A DNA stretch of 63,509 nt, from the NCBI GenBank assembly GCA_029838215.1, contig JALGVI010000034.1, positions 1 to 63,509 on the forward strand. Reading direction: 5' to 3'. A model generated the notes under the pieces. That model was not told where the DNA came from, did no database searches, and saw nothing but the letters and a program-made list of their open reading frames with translations. Both the position numbers and the translations under genes were made by a program. The DNA is from Candidatus Helarchaeota archaeon (lineage in GTDB: Archaea > Asgardarchaeota > Lokiarchaeia > Helarchaeales > RDOG01). How positions within the stretch are numbered: position 1 is the first letter of the stretch; every line of letters begins with the position of its first letter. Below are positions 9,349 through 19,146 of this stretch, piece after piece.

Positions 9349-9660
9349 TCATTCCTGAGAATTAATGACGCTTGATATTGTTTCATTTAGTGTCTTTTTT
9401 GTTTGTTCTGGAAGATTCCAATTAATTTCAGAATCAATTACGCTTTTGTTGAAATAACCTCTACCGGTATCAGTATATTTGAGTACCATTACTTTATTTA
9501 TTGTTCCTTTTTGATCATTTTTCTTTTCTTCAAATTCTTTTTTTATAAATCCATTTGAAACCCAATACCAAATCTCTCCAGAAATCGTTTCTCCCCAAAT
9601 ATTATTATCTTGACTACATCCTCTAAATATGAGATTTGTTTGAATGTTCTTTTTTCTCAA
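9349..9660 (-). CDS. Hypothetical protein, possibly a C-terminal gene fragment
   Basis: Frame is open ~22 codons further upstream without ATG; very AT-rich; ends 6 bp before the HD fragment start. Confidence 0.4.
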   Translation of the reverse strand: MRKKNIQTNLIFRGCSQDNNIWGETISGEIWYWVSNGFIKKEFEEKKNDQKGTINKVMVLKYTDTGRGYFNKSVIDSEINWNLPEQTKKTLNETISSVINSQE

Positions 9661-10029
9661 TAATCCTGAAATTAAATTAAGATCTGAAAATAATCTATTA
9701 TTGTGTTGGAGAAATATTTTTTTTATTTAAATTCTTATCCTTCTTGTTGATTCCCACTTTTATCATCTGAAATACAAATTTAAATAATTACGGAATTTTT
9801 GTTTTCTATTTAATTTACGACAAGAATGATATTTAAACACGTTGGAAAAGAGTTGGCTTTTTGTCGGGGGTCATTACGCAATTCAAAATCTTATTGATAT
9901 TTCATCTTCCTTTTTAAAAATATTTTTTTTGACAAAAAGGAAAAGTATTTAAGATGCAATTTGAACAATAATCCAACCTAAATTAAGCTAATTAATTGAG
10001 GTTACAATATAGAGTGAGGTTATAAAGCA

Positions 10030-10527
10030 ATGCTACAATATTTGAAGCAATATAAGAAGATCATCACATCTATAGCTATTATAATGATGATCTTTATGAT
10101 GTTGCCAATGGTATTAGCAACAAACTTCGATCAATCGGGTAATTTTACTTGGAATCAGTTTACTTCCAATATGGATACGACACAAGTGAAATTAGATACT
10201 ATTTGGATCGGTGGAAGTACTCATACAGCAGCAACGTGGAGTTCGGACACGCTTTATTTGCGAGCAATTGCTGCTTGTATTGCAGGTAATTGGATTCAGG
10301 GAAATGTTCGATTTCAAATCTATGTTGATGATTCTCTAGAACATGATTCAGGGACATTGCGACTTCTTCCAGAAGGATATTTTACACTTAAATCAGCGTA
10401 TTCTTCCAAGTATCCGATTTACTATGGTAGCAATATTAAAATCGTCGTGACCTATTATTACATCCAGTACTTCTTTTGGACACCTATTGATGTGATATCA
10501 GGTGCACATACTTTAAATGTTAATTAG
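10030..10527 (+). CDS. Secreted beta-rich hypothetical protein
   Basis: GAGGT SD; signal peptide (KQYKK, hydrophobic stretch, VLA/TN); aromatic/Thr/Ser-rich mature part. Confidence 0.8.
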   Translation: MLQYLKQYKKIITSIAIIMMIFMMLPMVLATNFDQSGNFTWNQFTSNMDTTQVKLDTIWIGGSTHTAATWSSDTLYLRAIAACIAGNWIQGNVRFQIYVDDSLEHDSGTLRLLPEGYFTLKSAYSSKYPIYYGSNIKIVVTYYYIQYFFWTPIDVISGAHTLNVN

Positions 10528-10557
10528 GGGAGTAAATCCACCTTCCCATTTTTTTAG

Positions 10558-11406
10558 TTGATGCAAATGAACCATTCTTTAAAAAAATCTCATGAGATCA
10601 CAGCATTATTCATTATTGGGATGATATCTTGCGGAATTGCATTAAGCGTTGTCTTGGGAGTACAATTTTGGTCTGATCCATCTCGGTATCATTGTTCAGA
10701 GGGAAATTATCGAATTTTTCGTGTTTTAACAACCGCTCCTGAAATATATCCATATGACACAATTAGTGTCAAAATAACCGCGGTAAATCAAACCGGAGTT
10801 TTTGGGGATTTAACAAAAACATTCGTAAATAATTCGGAAACGACTCAACATGATGTAGAATTGAGCATCAATTTAGATTTTTCTCCATTCAGTAGCATTC
10901 ACGTTATAAATAGCATTTACCAATTGCATCAAGACGACTTATGTTCATTCAAAACGTTATTTTATAAACCGGATTGGCAACAAGTCCAAAGATTCTTGAA
11001 TCCCGTATCATGTCCTAAAAATGTCATTGTCGATACTTTAGTTTTAACAAGTTTTGGATTTCAATATTTGAAGTCGTTTTTTATAGAAGTTCAGAAGAAT
11101 GACGTTCCAAATGACATTGTAAATATCATAAGAATAACATTTTATTACGATTTTGATGGTAGATTAGTACGTTTCGAAAATTCGTCTCGAGCCTACAATG
11201 CTACAGATTTCTGGTTAATGAGATTAACAGAACCCTTAGAAGAAACTCGTGTTCAATATGATCTAATAGAATCAGACATACCTTTAAGACCAGTTCTACC
11301 AATCTATCCCGTCTTTTTGTATATCTGGACCATTTCTTGCAGTCCAATATTAATCATCGTTGTATTGATGAGGAAAAAAAAGGGAAGAATAACTAATCAT
11401 GAATGA
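10558..11406 (+). CDS. Membrane protein with N- and C-terminal TM helices flanking an extracellular domain
   Basis: TM at ITALFIIGMISCGIALSVVLGV and at VFLYIWTISCSPILIIVVLM-RKKK; overlaps the next start. Confidence 0.75.
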   Translation: MMQMNHSLKKSHEITALFIIGMISCGIALSVVLGVQFWSDPSRYHCSEGNYRIFRVLTTAPEIYPYDTISVKITAVNQTGVFGDLTKTFVNNSETTQHDVELSINLDFSPFSSIHVINSIYQLHQDDLCSFKTLFYKPDWQQVQRFLNPVSCPKNVIVDTLVLTSFGFQYLKSFFIEVQKNDVPNDIVNIIRITFYYDFDGRLVRFENSSRAYNATDFWLMRLTEPLEETRVQYDLIESDIPLRPVLPIYPVFLYIWTISCSPILIIVVLMRKKKGRITNHE

Positions 11407-12349
11407 AAAACCACTTGTATTTGAAAATCTAACGAAATTATTTCAAAAAACGGTTGCATTAGATGATTTAAATGAGAAAATTCCCAAGGGCATTGTCGGT
11501 TTCATAGGTCCAAACGGAGCAGGAAAAACTACAACAATTAAAATCTTAATGGGATTATTAAGGCCGACTAGCGGTACGGCATATATTTTTGGAAGAGATA
11601 TTTTAAGAGAAGGAATAGAAATAAGGAAAGTCGTTGGATACCTGCCAGAGCGCAATGCGTTGTTTCTAAATAAGACAGCGTGTTCATTTCTTGGTTATTT
11701 AAGCAGGATTTACGGGCTTTCAAAGACAGAATTGAATCTCCGAATAAAAGAAGTCCTTGAGATCGTAGGCATTGAAAAACAATGGTGGAATAAAAAATTA
11801 AAAAAATTCTCAAGTGGAATGCGCCAGCGAGTGAGTTTAGCAAGAGCCATTTTAAATCCGAACATAAAACTAGTAATTTTGGATGAGCCAACTATAAATC
11901 TTGATCCACTCGGGCGAAATTTTTTCCTAAACCTAATAAAAAAACTAAATAAGGAAGAGAAAATTGATTTTTTTATTTCGTCCCATGTTTTATCAGAATT
12001 AGAACAGGTAAGCAAGCATGTTGTCATTATTAATAGGGGAAAAATCATTACTTCAAAGCCAATAACAGAATTGAGACATTTCATCAAAAAAAACGTGTTT
12101 AAGATTAAGACTTCTGACAATACTAAGGTTTTAGCGGAATTGAATCAGCAAAAAGAATTTGATTTTCAAGTGGTGGAAAATAAGTCTTTTCTTAAAATTC
12201 AGACAGAGGATTCACTAAAATTGAAGTCCGTAATTCCCCAAATAGTCGTTAAAAACAAGCTTGTTCTTGATGTTTTTGAAGAAGTGGAAATGGATTTGGA
12301 AGAAATATTTCTTCAATCTATCAATAAAAAAGAGGATGTTACGCATTGA
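11399..12349 (+). CDS. ABC exporter ATP-binding subunit
   Basis: Walker A GPNGAGKTT, signature FSSGMRQR, Walker B VILDEP, H-loop SSH. Confidence 0.95.
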   Translation: MNEKPLVFENLTKLFQKTVALDDLNEKIPKGIVGFIGPNGAGKTTTIKILMGLLRPTSGTAYIFGRDILREGIEIRKVVGYLPERNALFLNKTACSFLGYLSRIYGLSKTELNLRIKEVLEIVGIEKQWWNKKLKKFSSGMRQRVSLARAILNPNIKLVILDEPTINLDPLGRNFFLNLIKKLNKEEKIDFFISSHVLSELEQVSKHVVIINRGKIITSKPITELRHFIKKNVFKIKTSDNTKVLAELNQQKEFDFQVVENKSFLKIQTEDSLKLKSVIPQIVVKNKLVLDVFEEVEMDLEEIFLQSINKKEDVTH

Positions 12350-13248
12350 ATGCCATCTTTTTGATAATTTCAGACGATTTTAAGCAAGGTATTAAATCCA
12401 AATATCTTTTACTTCTACTAGTGACGTTTATAATAAGCCCTTTATTTGTTAATTTTTTTGCGATTTATTTAATTAGACCCGGTTTTAATTTTTTCGGTTT
12501 GGGAATTGTTGAATGCGTCAGTTTGTTTACGGAGTCAAATCTAACGTTATTTTTAATGAATTTCTCGCTAATCGGATCTATCTATGCCATGATTAAAGGT
12601 AGCAGTTTTTTCGCCTCAAATTTGAAAGATGGGACAATAAAAATATATCTTTCATTACCTATTAGAAGGATTGATTTATTTTTGAGTCAGATAATTGAAT
12701 TTATTGCTCAAATTGCGATATTTACAATGTTCGGATTCATTCTAACTAATTTAGTTTGGTCTTTTGTTTGTTCCGGATCCGTGCTTCCTTTTCTCTTCAT
12801 TTTCCCAAAATTGTTGGTATATTGGATCGTTACCGTCCTATTAATAACCGCTGTTTTCTCCGTAACAACATTTATTAATATATTGGGTTCGGGAATTATT
12901 TCAGTTTTAATATCAATGCTTTTCTTTTTAATTTATCCTTTATTTTTATTCAATCAGATTGTTAATGGTATCTATCTAATGGCGACATTTTCGACTTTTG
13001 ATCAATTTGCTTATGTTCAGATATTGGATCTCTTATATCTTTTTAGATTAGATTTTCATGCTTATAGCATTTTAAGCCGTTTGATTCCAGAATTAGCAAT
13101 GATTGACTCTACCAGCGTCATTTTGACCACGTTTAGTTTTCATTTTATTGGAGATTTATTTGAAAGTCTACTTATTTTGACCAGTTATAGTGTCATTCCT
13201 CTTGGTTTAGGGCTTTCAATTTTTATTTTCATGGATATCAAAGACTAA
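12346..13248 (+). CDS. ABC-2 type transporter permease
   Basis: Six-plus TM; DGTIKIYLSLPIRRIDLFLSQ resembles the ABC-2 permease motif; 4-bp overlap with the ATPase. Confidence 0.88.
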   Translation: MNAIFLIISDDFKQGIKSKYLLLLLVTFIISPLFVNFFAIYLIRPGFNFFGLGIVECVSLFTESNLTLFLMNFSLIGSIYAMIKGSSFFASNLKDGTIKIYLSLPIRRIDLFLSQIIEFIAQIAIFTMFGFILTNLVWSFVCSGSVLPFLFIFPKLLVYWIVTVLLITAVFSVTTFINILGSGIISVLISMLFFLIYPLFLFNQIVNGIYLMATFSTFDQFAYVQILDLLYLFRLDFHAYSILSRLIPELAMIDSTSVILTTFSFHFIGDLFESLLILTSYSVIPLGLGLSIFIFMDIKD

Positions 13249-13578
13249 ATTCATGGATCATGATTTTAAGCTCATGACCATTAATTTAATAGAAGAATGA
13301 ACACTAGCAACCGCCAGGGGGATTCAATCATGAGTTTTAAATAATATTATTGGGTTTTGTTGTCCTGCACCACAGTTATGACTACATTTCCCTTTTTATG
13401 TCCTCTATCGACATACCCATGAGCCTCGGCAATTTGTTCCAGCGAATAGCGTCTATGATATTTTTCATAAAATTGAACAACGTCCAAGTATCATGATGAT
13501 GAGATATTGCAAGAATTATTGAAAATTGGATTTTTAACTTAGAAAAATAGAAAAAAAAATTGGATTTACGGATCGTGA

Positions 13579-16566
13579 TCAGTAGGAGTGGCTCAATAAC
13601 TTTTCCCATTTTTCAATGGCGAGAGCTAATTCTTCAGAATCCGATGGAACCAATTTCGAGATTGGATATCGCGTGAGTTTCTTGTCCCACTCATCGAGCA
13701 TTGCAATATTTTCGTCTGTATTTCCGAATTTTTCAATCATGTCGTCTCTAAAAGAATGTATGAGTATTATTAAATCAGAGATCAGCACGTCTGAAATTCG
13801 GCTAACGATGTTAGGAGCGGGTATTTTTTTTGTCGTGGATGATTCTTCAAACGATTCATCCTCATTAATTGATACTATCGCCGGGGATGTTGGTTTTTCA
13901 GGGATGTCCAGTTCTTCGAGATCAAAATACTTACGGAATTCTGCTTTTTTAGCCTTTTTTCTTGAAGTGGTTCTATTGTTTTTTGAGCTTCTCCCTTTAA
14001 TCCATAGTATTGAAAAAACGCCTGCAACAATTGCCATGGATATGCTTAACAGGAGAAAAACAATTGACAATAGGTTTTCAAGATCAAATGTAGGAAGCGG
14101 GTCGACTGCAGGCACGTTGTTCACGTTAATGGAAACACCAGTAGAATTCAGTGAGTTTCCAAGTTCATCAAAGACACGAATATAAATTTGATGCCAACCA
14201 TTTCCTGCTAAATTTGTATTCCATGAAAAGCTCCAACCATCGCTATCGTCAACGTCGACCCAAAGAAGAGTTCCAATGCCGGGTAGACCATCCCAGAATT
14301 CAACTCTATCAATTGATGTATGAAGATCTTGAGCACTGACAATAATATTCACGTTTCCTTCCACTTCTTCACCATTAGATAGTGAAATTATTTGAGCATT
14401 AGATGGATCCGAACTATCTATTGTGACAGAAATGGAATCAGAAGAGGACCTGCCAGACTCATCGAATGCTTCTACGGTTATCGTATGAGTGCCTTCAGCA
14501 AGATTACTCAACACGTAGCTTGTTGCATCAAGTATTATGGGAGCGCCACTATCAAGTATCAGTCTATAATAATCAATTCCAGTTTGACCATCAGATCCAC
14601 TCCATTCGACAACGAGGTCTCGGTTTGCTGTCTTGAATCCATTTGTAGGGGATGTTATAGAAATAGTGGGATCTACAGAATCGGTAGATACCGTAATCCA
14701 TTCCGTATCTGATAGGGTTCCTCCCCACGTACAATTAATTTGTACTTGAACTTGATGGGTTCCTGCCGTGATGCCTTGAATTCTCCATGTAACGGTTTTT
14801 TGTTCCATGTAATTTAAATTTCCAATTTCCATCCAAGTGTTATTTGTTGATAAGCCAGCAGGTAATGAAATTGTCGCAATGGCATCTTCAACAAATGATC
14901 CTCCAAAATTTCTAACATCAAGAACCAAGTCAAAGTATTGAGATTCATAAATCGTGGTCGGAGTTTCATAGAAATTAAGAACAACAATATTTGGGGAAGA
15001 AAGTAAGACAAAATACTTGTTGATTGTAACTTGAGATGCCCCATCGTTTCTAAAATGGAGTTCCCACTTTCCGTCTTCTGGAACTCTAAATGATCCTCCA
15101 TCAGATATGGTATTATAGGTTTCTTCGTATAGAGTACTACTATCGCTCTTCTTTATCCAAAAATCGAGCCAATTATAAGAAGGATTTGTCACGGTCCAAT
15201 CCCACATGATTATCTGACCAGCTACAACGTTGTCCCATGAAAACCAATATTCGAATCCAGAGTTAAAATCAGAACTTGTATAGGATTTTGGTGGAAAATA
15301 TCGATCAACACAGACTTCATAATTGTAACCAACTCTTCGACAGACTGTTATAACCACATCATATGTAGAATTCCGGTAGATGACTACTTCTCCCGTTTCC
15401 GAGCTAAATGGTGCATCTTCCAAGTCAGTTGGGTAAGGGTTTGATCCGGGATTTGCATCTTGAACTTTTACGATACCTTGACCTGTTGATAAGGATTCAT
15501 CAACGTAAGAGATTATCACGGCGTCGTCAGGAAGATAAAGGTCATATCCGAGTTTCTGCCGATTTTCGACCAGAAAATACGTTGTTGAAGTCAATGGTAT
15601 TTTTATTACTTGTATTTGGCTTGATGCTAATTCGAGTGGCTCCAATAAAAACGTTTTTATCTCTCCATCCATGACGGTGGCGATTTTTGAGCTATCGATC
15701 CATCCTAATTGCATTTTTGACCATGAAGTCATGTGTGCGGGATGATACCCGGCATCATTATGCCCTCCACTTGCCATGAGTCCCCATTTCCGGACAAATT
15801 CACTAGCATAATTTATATCATACAAATCTGGCAAACCAATATCATGACCGAACTCGTGAGCAAAAGTCCCCATTTTCGAATTTTCTGCTTGAGCAGTATA
15901 ACCATAAAGACGCACCCCATCAAGGTATAAAGGAGTTCCATAAATATTCCATCTATGGGCCCAGATATCGTTGGGCTGACCAGAAGTTGATTGAGAATCT
16001 CCGGCATAGATGATAATTAGGTGATCGACTATGCCATCGTGATCTATATCATATTGCGAAAAATCTACGGCATCATCTGCTAGAATAGCTGCTTCTCGCG
16101 CTAATTCATAGATCGGTCCATTCAAATTATCGTGTCCAGTTACATCATCGGCTCCGTAATAAACTTTTGTATGAGCACTCCGATACCAACCGTTTCCTAC
16201 GATTTCTCCAGTAACATTTAATTTGTTATACGAAATCTCCCTATAATAATCGTTCATTGCACCATCATGCCCACCAAACAACATCTGTTCATGATAATTT
16301 TTTGAAACAAGACCAATTTGATCGCTGAAATCAATTCTTATTACGACAGTTTTTTTATCACCAATAACAGGTTCTGATGGTGGTGTGTATTCAGCTATTA
16401 GATCTAAAGGTTGGTCGTGAATTCTATCTATTTGTTCAGAGACATAATCATTTGTTTCACGTGTATCAATATCAATTCTCGCGGTTCCAATGAATATAGA
16501 GAGGGTCATTGGAAAAAGAAAGCCTACTACCACTAAAAAAATAAAAAAAATCGCGTATTTCTTCAT
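13579..16566 (-). CDS. Membrane-anchored M6 (immune inhibitor A-like) metalloprotease with beta-sandwich/Ig-like domains
   Basis: Signal peptide; DIWAHRW and FAHEFGHDIGLPDLYD zinc motif; CARDB-like and two Ig-like repeats; TM near the C-terminus and a ~140-aa cytoplasmic tail. Confidence 0.9.
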   Translation of the reverse strand: MKKYAIFFIFLVVVGFLFPMTLSIFIGTARIDIDTRETNDYVSEQIDRIHDQPLDLIAEYTPPSEPVIGDKKTVVIRIDFSDQIGLVSKNYHEQMLFGGHDGAMNDYYREISYNKLNVTGEIVGNGWYRSAHTKVYYGADDVTGHDNLNGPIYELAREAAILADDAVDFSQYDIDHDGIVDHLIIIYAGDSQSTSGQPNDIWAHRWNIYGTPLYLDGVRLYGYTAQAENSKMGTFAHEFGHDIGLPDLYDINYASEFVRKWGLMASGGHNDAGYHPAHMTSWSKMQLGWIDSSKIATVMDGEIKTFLLEPLELASSQIQVIKIPLTSTTYFLVENRQKLGYDLYLPDDAVIISYVDESLSTGQGIVKVQDANPGSNPYPTDLEDAPFSSETGEVVIYRNSTYDVVITVCRRVGYNYEVCVDRYFPPKSYTSSDFNSGFEYWFSWDNVVAGQIIMWDWTVTNPSYNWLDFWIKKSDSSTLYEETYNTISDGGSFRVPEDGKWELHFRNDGASQVTINKYFVLLSSPNIVVLNFYETPTTIYESQYFDLVLDVRNFGGSFVEDAIATISLPAGLSTNNTWMEIGNLNYMEQKTVTWRIQGITAGTHQVQVQINCTWGGTLSDTEWITVSTDSVDPTISITSPTNGFKTANRDLVVEWSGSDGQTGIDYYRLILDSGAPIILDATSYVLSNLAEGTHTITVEAFDESGRSSSDSISVTIDSSDPSNAQIISLSNGEEVEGNVNIIVSAQDLHTSIDRVEFWDGLPGIGTLLWVDVDDSDGWSFSWNTNLAGNGWHQIYIRVFDELGNSLNSTGVSINVNNVPAVDPLPTFDLENLLSIVFLLLSISMAIVAGVFSILWIKGRSSKNNRTTSRKKAKKAEFRKYFDLEELDIPEKPTSPAIVSINEDESFEESSTTKKIPAPNIVSRISDVLISDLIILIHSFRDDMIEKFGNTDENIAMLDEWDKKLTRYPISKLVPSDSEELALAIEKWEKLLSHSY

Positions 16567-16714
16567 TTTATCAATTCCCTTAGATACAAATTTTTCACAA
16601 ATGGAAATATCCTCGTATTACTTCAAATGGAACTTCAGGAACTATTTAAATATTTTCACTACTAAAATTTAAAGAACTAAATGGTGTCAGTGTTTTTATT
16701 AATGAAGCGTTAAT

Positions 16715-18484
16715 ATGGGAGACTTAAGAATGCCGAGTGAGATTCCCCAGAAGATTAGCTCTCGAATTCAAAAACGGCTGGTTTTTTTATATGGAGAGCA
16801 GAAGGCAAGCGAGATATATTCCAAGCTTGAGGAATTGATGATTGATTTTAAGGATGCTCATGAGTTGCCGATGGGCAGAAAAGTATTTACGGAGGAGGAC
16901 ACGATTCTCATCACGTATGGTGACATGGTTCGCAGTGCGGAGAAATCGCCATTGAGGACACTCCGCGATTTTTTGGATGGAACATTGAAAGGAGCCATAA
17001 ACACCATTCACTTTCTTCCTTTCTTTCCGTATTCATCAGACGATGGTTTTTCCGTGATTGACTACATGCGCGTGAATCCCGAATTAGGGACTTGGGATGA
17101 CATTGATGGGTTCAAACAGGATTATCACCTGATGTTTGATGCCGTGATCAACCATGTTTCTAGAAAAGGCAAGTGGTTTCAGGAATATTTAAAGGGAAAT
17201 CCGCGATATGCAGATTATTTCATTGAAGTAGATGAAGGAGAGGATTTGTCGAAGGTGATCCGTCCCCGTGCTTTACCGCTTCTGACAAAAGTGGAGACGA
17301 ATTCGGGACCTAAATTTGTTTGGACCACGTTTAGTGCGGATCAAATAGATTTGAATTTTAAGAGCGGCGAATTGCTCTTGGATATCTTTCGCATTCTATT
17401 TAATTTTGTAAGTCATGGGGCGGAATTGATTCGTCTTGATGCGATTGCGTTTATTTGGAAGGAGATTGGAACCACGTGCCTTCACTTGCCACAGGTCCAC
17501 GAGATCGTGAAGTTATTTCGAGATGTTTTCGATTACGTTGCACCCCAGACGGTCCTCATCACCGAGACGAATGTTCCCCATGAGGAGAACATCTCATATT
17601 TTGGTGATGGAATGGACGAGGCTCAAATGGTTTACCAATTTCCACTTCCGCCCTTGATATATGATGCATTTACGACTCAAAGTGCAAGGTATTTAACAAA
17701 ATGGGCTCGGGGCTTGGAGGAAAGAAGTGGTTCCACGACATTTTTCAATTTTACGGCATCACATGATGGAATCGGCGTGCGACCATTAACGGGGCTGGTA
17801 CCGGATGATCACCTCGATTTATTATGCGAAACGACATTGCGTCATGGTGGTCACGTTTCATACAAGACGAATTCGGATGGTAGCAAGAGTCCTTATGAGT
17901 TGAACATTTCCTATTTTGATGCAGTGAACGATCCGAATCAAAATGAAGAAATAGACCTTCAGGTGAAGAGGTTCATGACCACGCAGGCAATTCAGCTTTC
18001 CTTGCAAGGTGTTCCAGGAATATATTTCCACAATATTTTTGGAACTCGCAATTATCACGAAGGCGTGAAAGAGACTGGACGATATCGAAGCATTAACAGA
18101 CGAAAATATGAGAGAAAGGAATTGGAGGAAGCATTAAAAGACAAAAATTCGATCACGGCTAAAGTCCATGCCGCATACAAGAATTTATTAGAAATTCGAA
18201 TTAAACAGGCTGCATTCAGCCCTCAAGCCGGTCAGGAGATCTTGGATTTAGACGATGCCGTTTTTTCTTTAATCAGACGTGTCAAGGATGGTTCGCAAGC
18301 TGTACTCGGTCTGCACAATGTTTCGAATAAAGATGTCATGATAAGCATTGATTTAAAGAGTGTTGGTTTGGGTGATCATGAGGAATTCGAGGATCTTTTC
18401 TCGAATGAGAAGTTTCGCCCTAAGAATGGCAAGTTGGACGTGAATTTTAAACCGTATGATGTCATATGGCTACGTACACATTAA
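16715..18484 (+). CDS. GH13_18 sugar phosphorylase, probably glucosylglycerate phosphorylase
   Basis: HFLPFFPYSSDDGFSV, nucleophile RLDAIAF, acid/base ITETNVPH, TASHDGIG, YELNISY. Asn after the acid/base Glu and Glu in YE fit glucosylglycerate phosphorylases rather than sucrose phosphorylase. Confidence 0.8.
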   Translation: MGDLRMPSEIPQKISSRIQKRLVFLYGEQKASEIYSKLEELMIDFKDAHELPMGRKVFTEEDTILITYGDMVRSAEKSPLRTLRDFLDGTLKGAINTIHFLPFFPYSSDDGFSVIDYMRVNPELGTWDDIDGFKQDYHLMFDAVINHVSRKGKWFQEYLKGNPRYADYFIEVDEGEDLSKVIRPRALPLLTKVETNSGPKFVWTTFSADQIDLNFKSGELLLDIFRILFNFVSHGAELIRLDAIAFIWKEIGTTCLHLPQVHEIVKLFRDVFDYVAPQTVLITETNVPHEENISYFGDGMDEAQMVYQFPLPPLIYDAFTTQSARYLTKWARGLEERSGSTTFFNFTASHDGIGVRPLTGLVPDDHLDLLCETTLRHGGHVSYKTNSDGSKSPYELNISYFDAVNDPNQNEEIDLQVKRFMTTQAIQLSLQGVPGIYFHNIFGTRNYHEGVKETGRYRSINRRKYERKELEEALKDKNSITAKVHAAYKNLLEIRIKQAAFSPQAGQEILDLDDAVFSLIRRVKDGSQAVLGLHNVSNKDVMISIDLKSVGLGDHEEFEDLFSNEKFRPKNGKLDVNFKPYDVIWLRTH

Positions 18485-19146
18485 ATTTTTTCTAATTTTT
18501 CTTTTAAAATGTTCAACACGTCATGGAAGTCGTCAGAGATAATGATGTTCGGGATTTTTTTAAGTCGTTTTGATTTACTTCGATAGGCGACGGCGATTTG
18601 AGCGAGCTTGAGCATGCAATAATCGTTTTCCGAATCACCAATCGCAAGTATACGAGAATTGGGGATGTTATTTTCCTCTGCAAATTCTTTCACGACGGTA
18701 AATTTACAGATGGAGTGACATTTACAATCCTTAGTCTTGGCCCAATTAAGTGGCATGGTAATCTTTCCGGTAATGATTCCGTTTTTGACTTCAAGCACGT
18801 TTCCAAACACGCGTTTTATGCCTATTCTCTTCGCCAGATCCTCAGCAAGAAACGTGTAGCTGTTTGTAACGATTGATACGATAAATTTTTTCTGGTTCAG
18901 GTAATTAATCAATTCTTCAATTCCATTGCTCAATGGTATCTTTCGAAAGATTTCGAGGATCCTACTTGCTTGAAAACCCTTGAAGAAAGTAGCGATTCGT
19001 TCGCTCTTTTCTGATTCATTTAAATCTTTATACTTAGTGTCGATTTCAGCCAGTTTTTCTTCGAACTTTAGTGTTCGTGCTAGAACGTCTATGGTACGGT
19101 CTTTTAGGATTGTCCCATCCATGTCAATTGCCGCCAGCCAGCTCAT
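18481..19146 (-). CDS. HAD-superfamily phosphatase (SerB-like)
   Basis: DMDGT motif I, VTNS motif II, K motif III, GDSENDY motif IV. Confidence 0.9.
   Translation of the reverse strand: MSWLAAIDMDGTILKDRTIDVLARTLKFEEKLAEIDTKYKDLNESEKSERIATFFKGFQASRILEIFRKIPLSNGIEELINYLNQKKFIVSIVTNSYTFLAEDLAKRIGIKRVFGNVLEVKNGIITGKITMPLNWAKTKDCKCHSICKFTVVKEFAEENNIPNSRILAIGDSENDYCMLKLAQIAVAYRSKSKRLKKIPNIIISDDFHDVLNILKEKLEKI

Noticed and set aside
13250-13609. TCATGA-rich repeats and a 75-aa reverse ORF between the permease and the protease
   Set aside because: Short AT-rich matches are expected by chance; no frame gave a recognisable protein.
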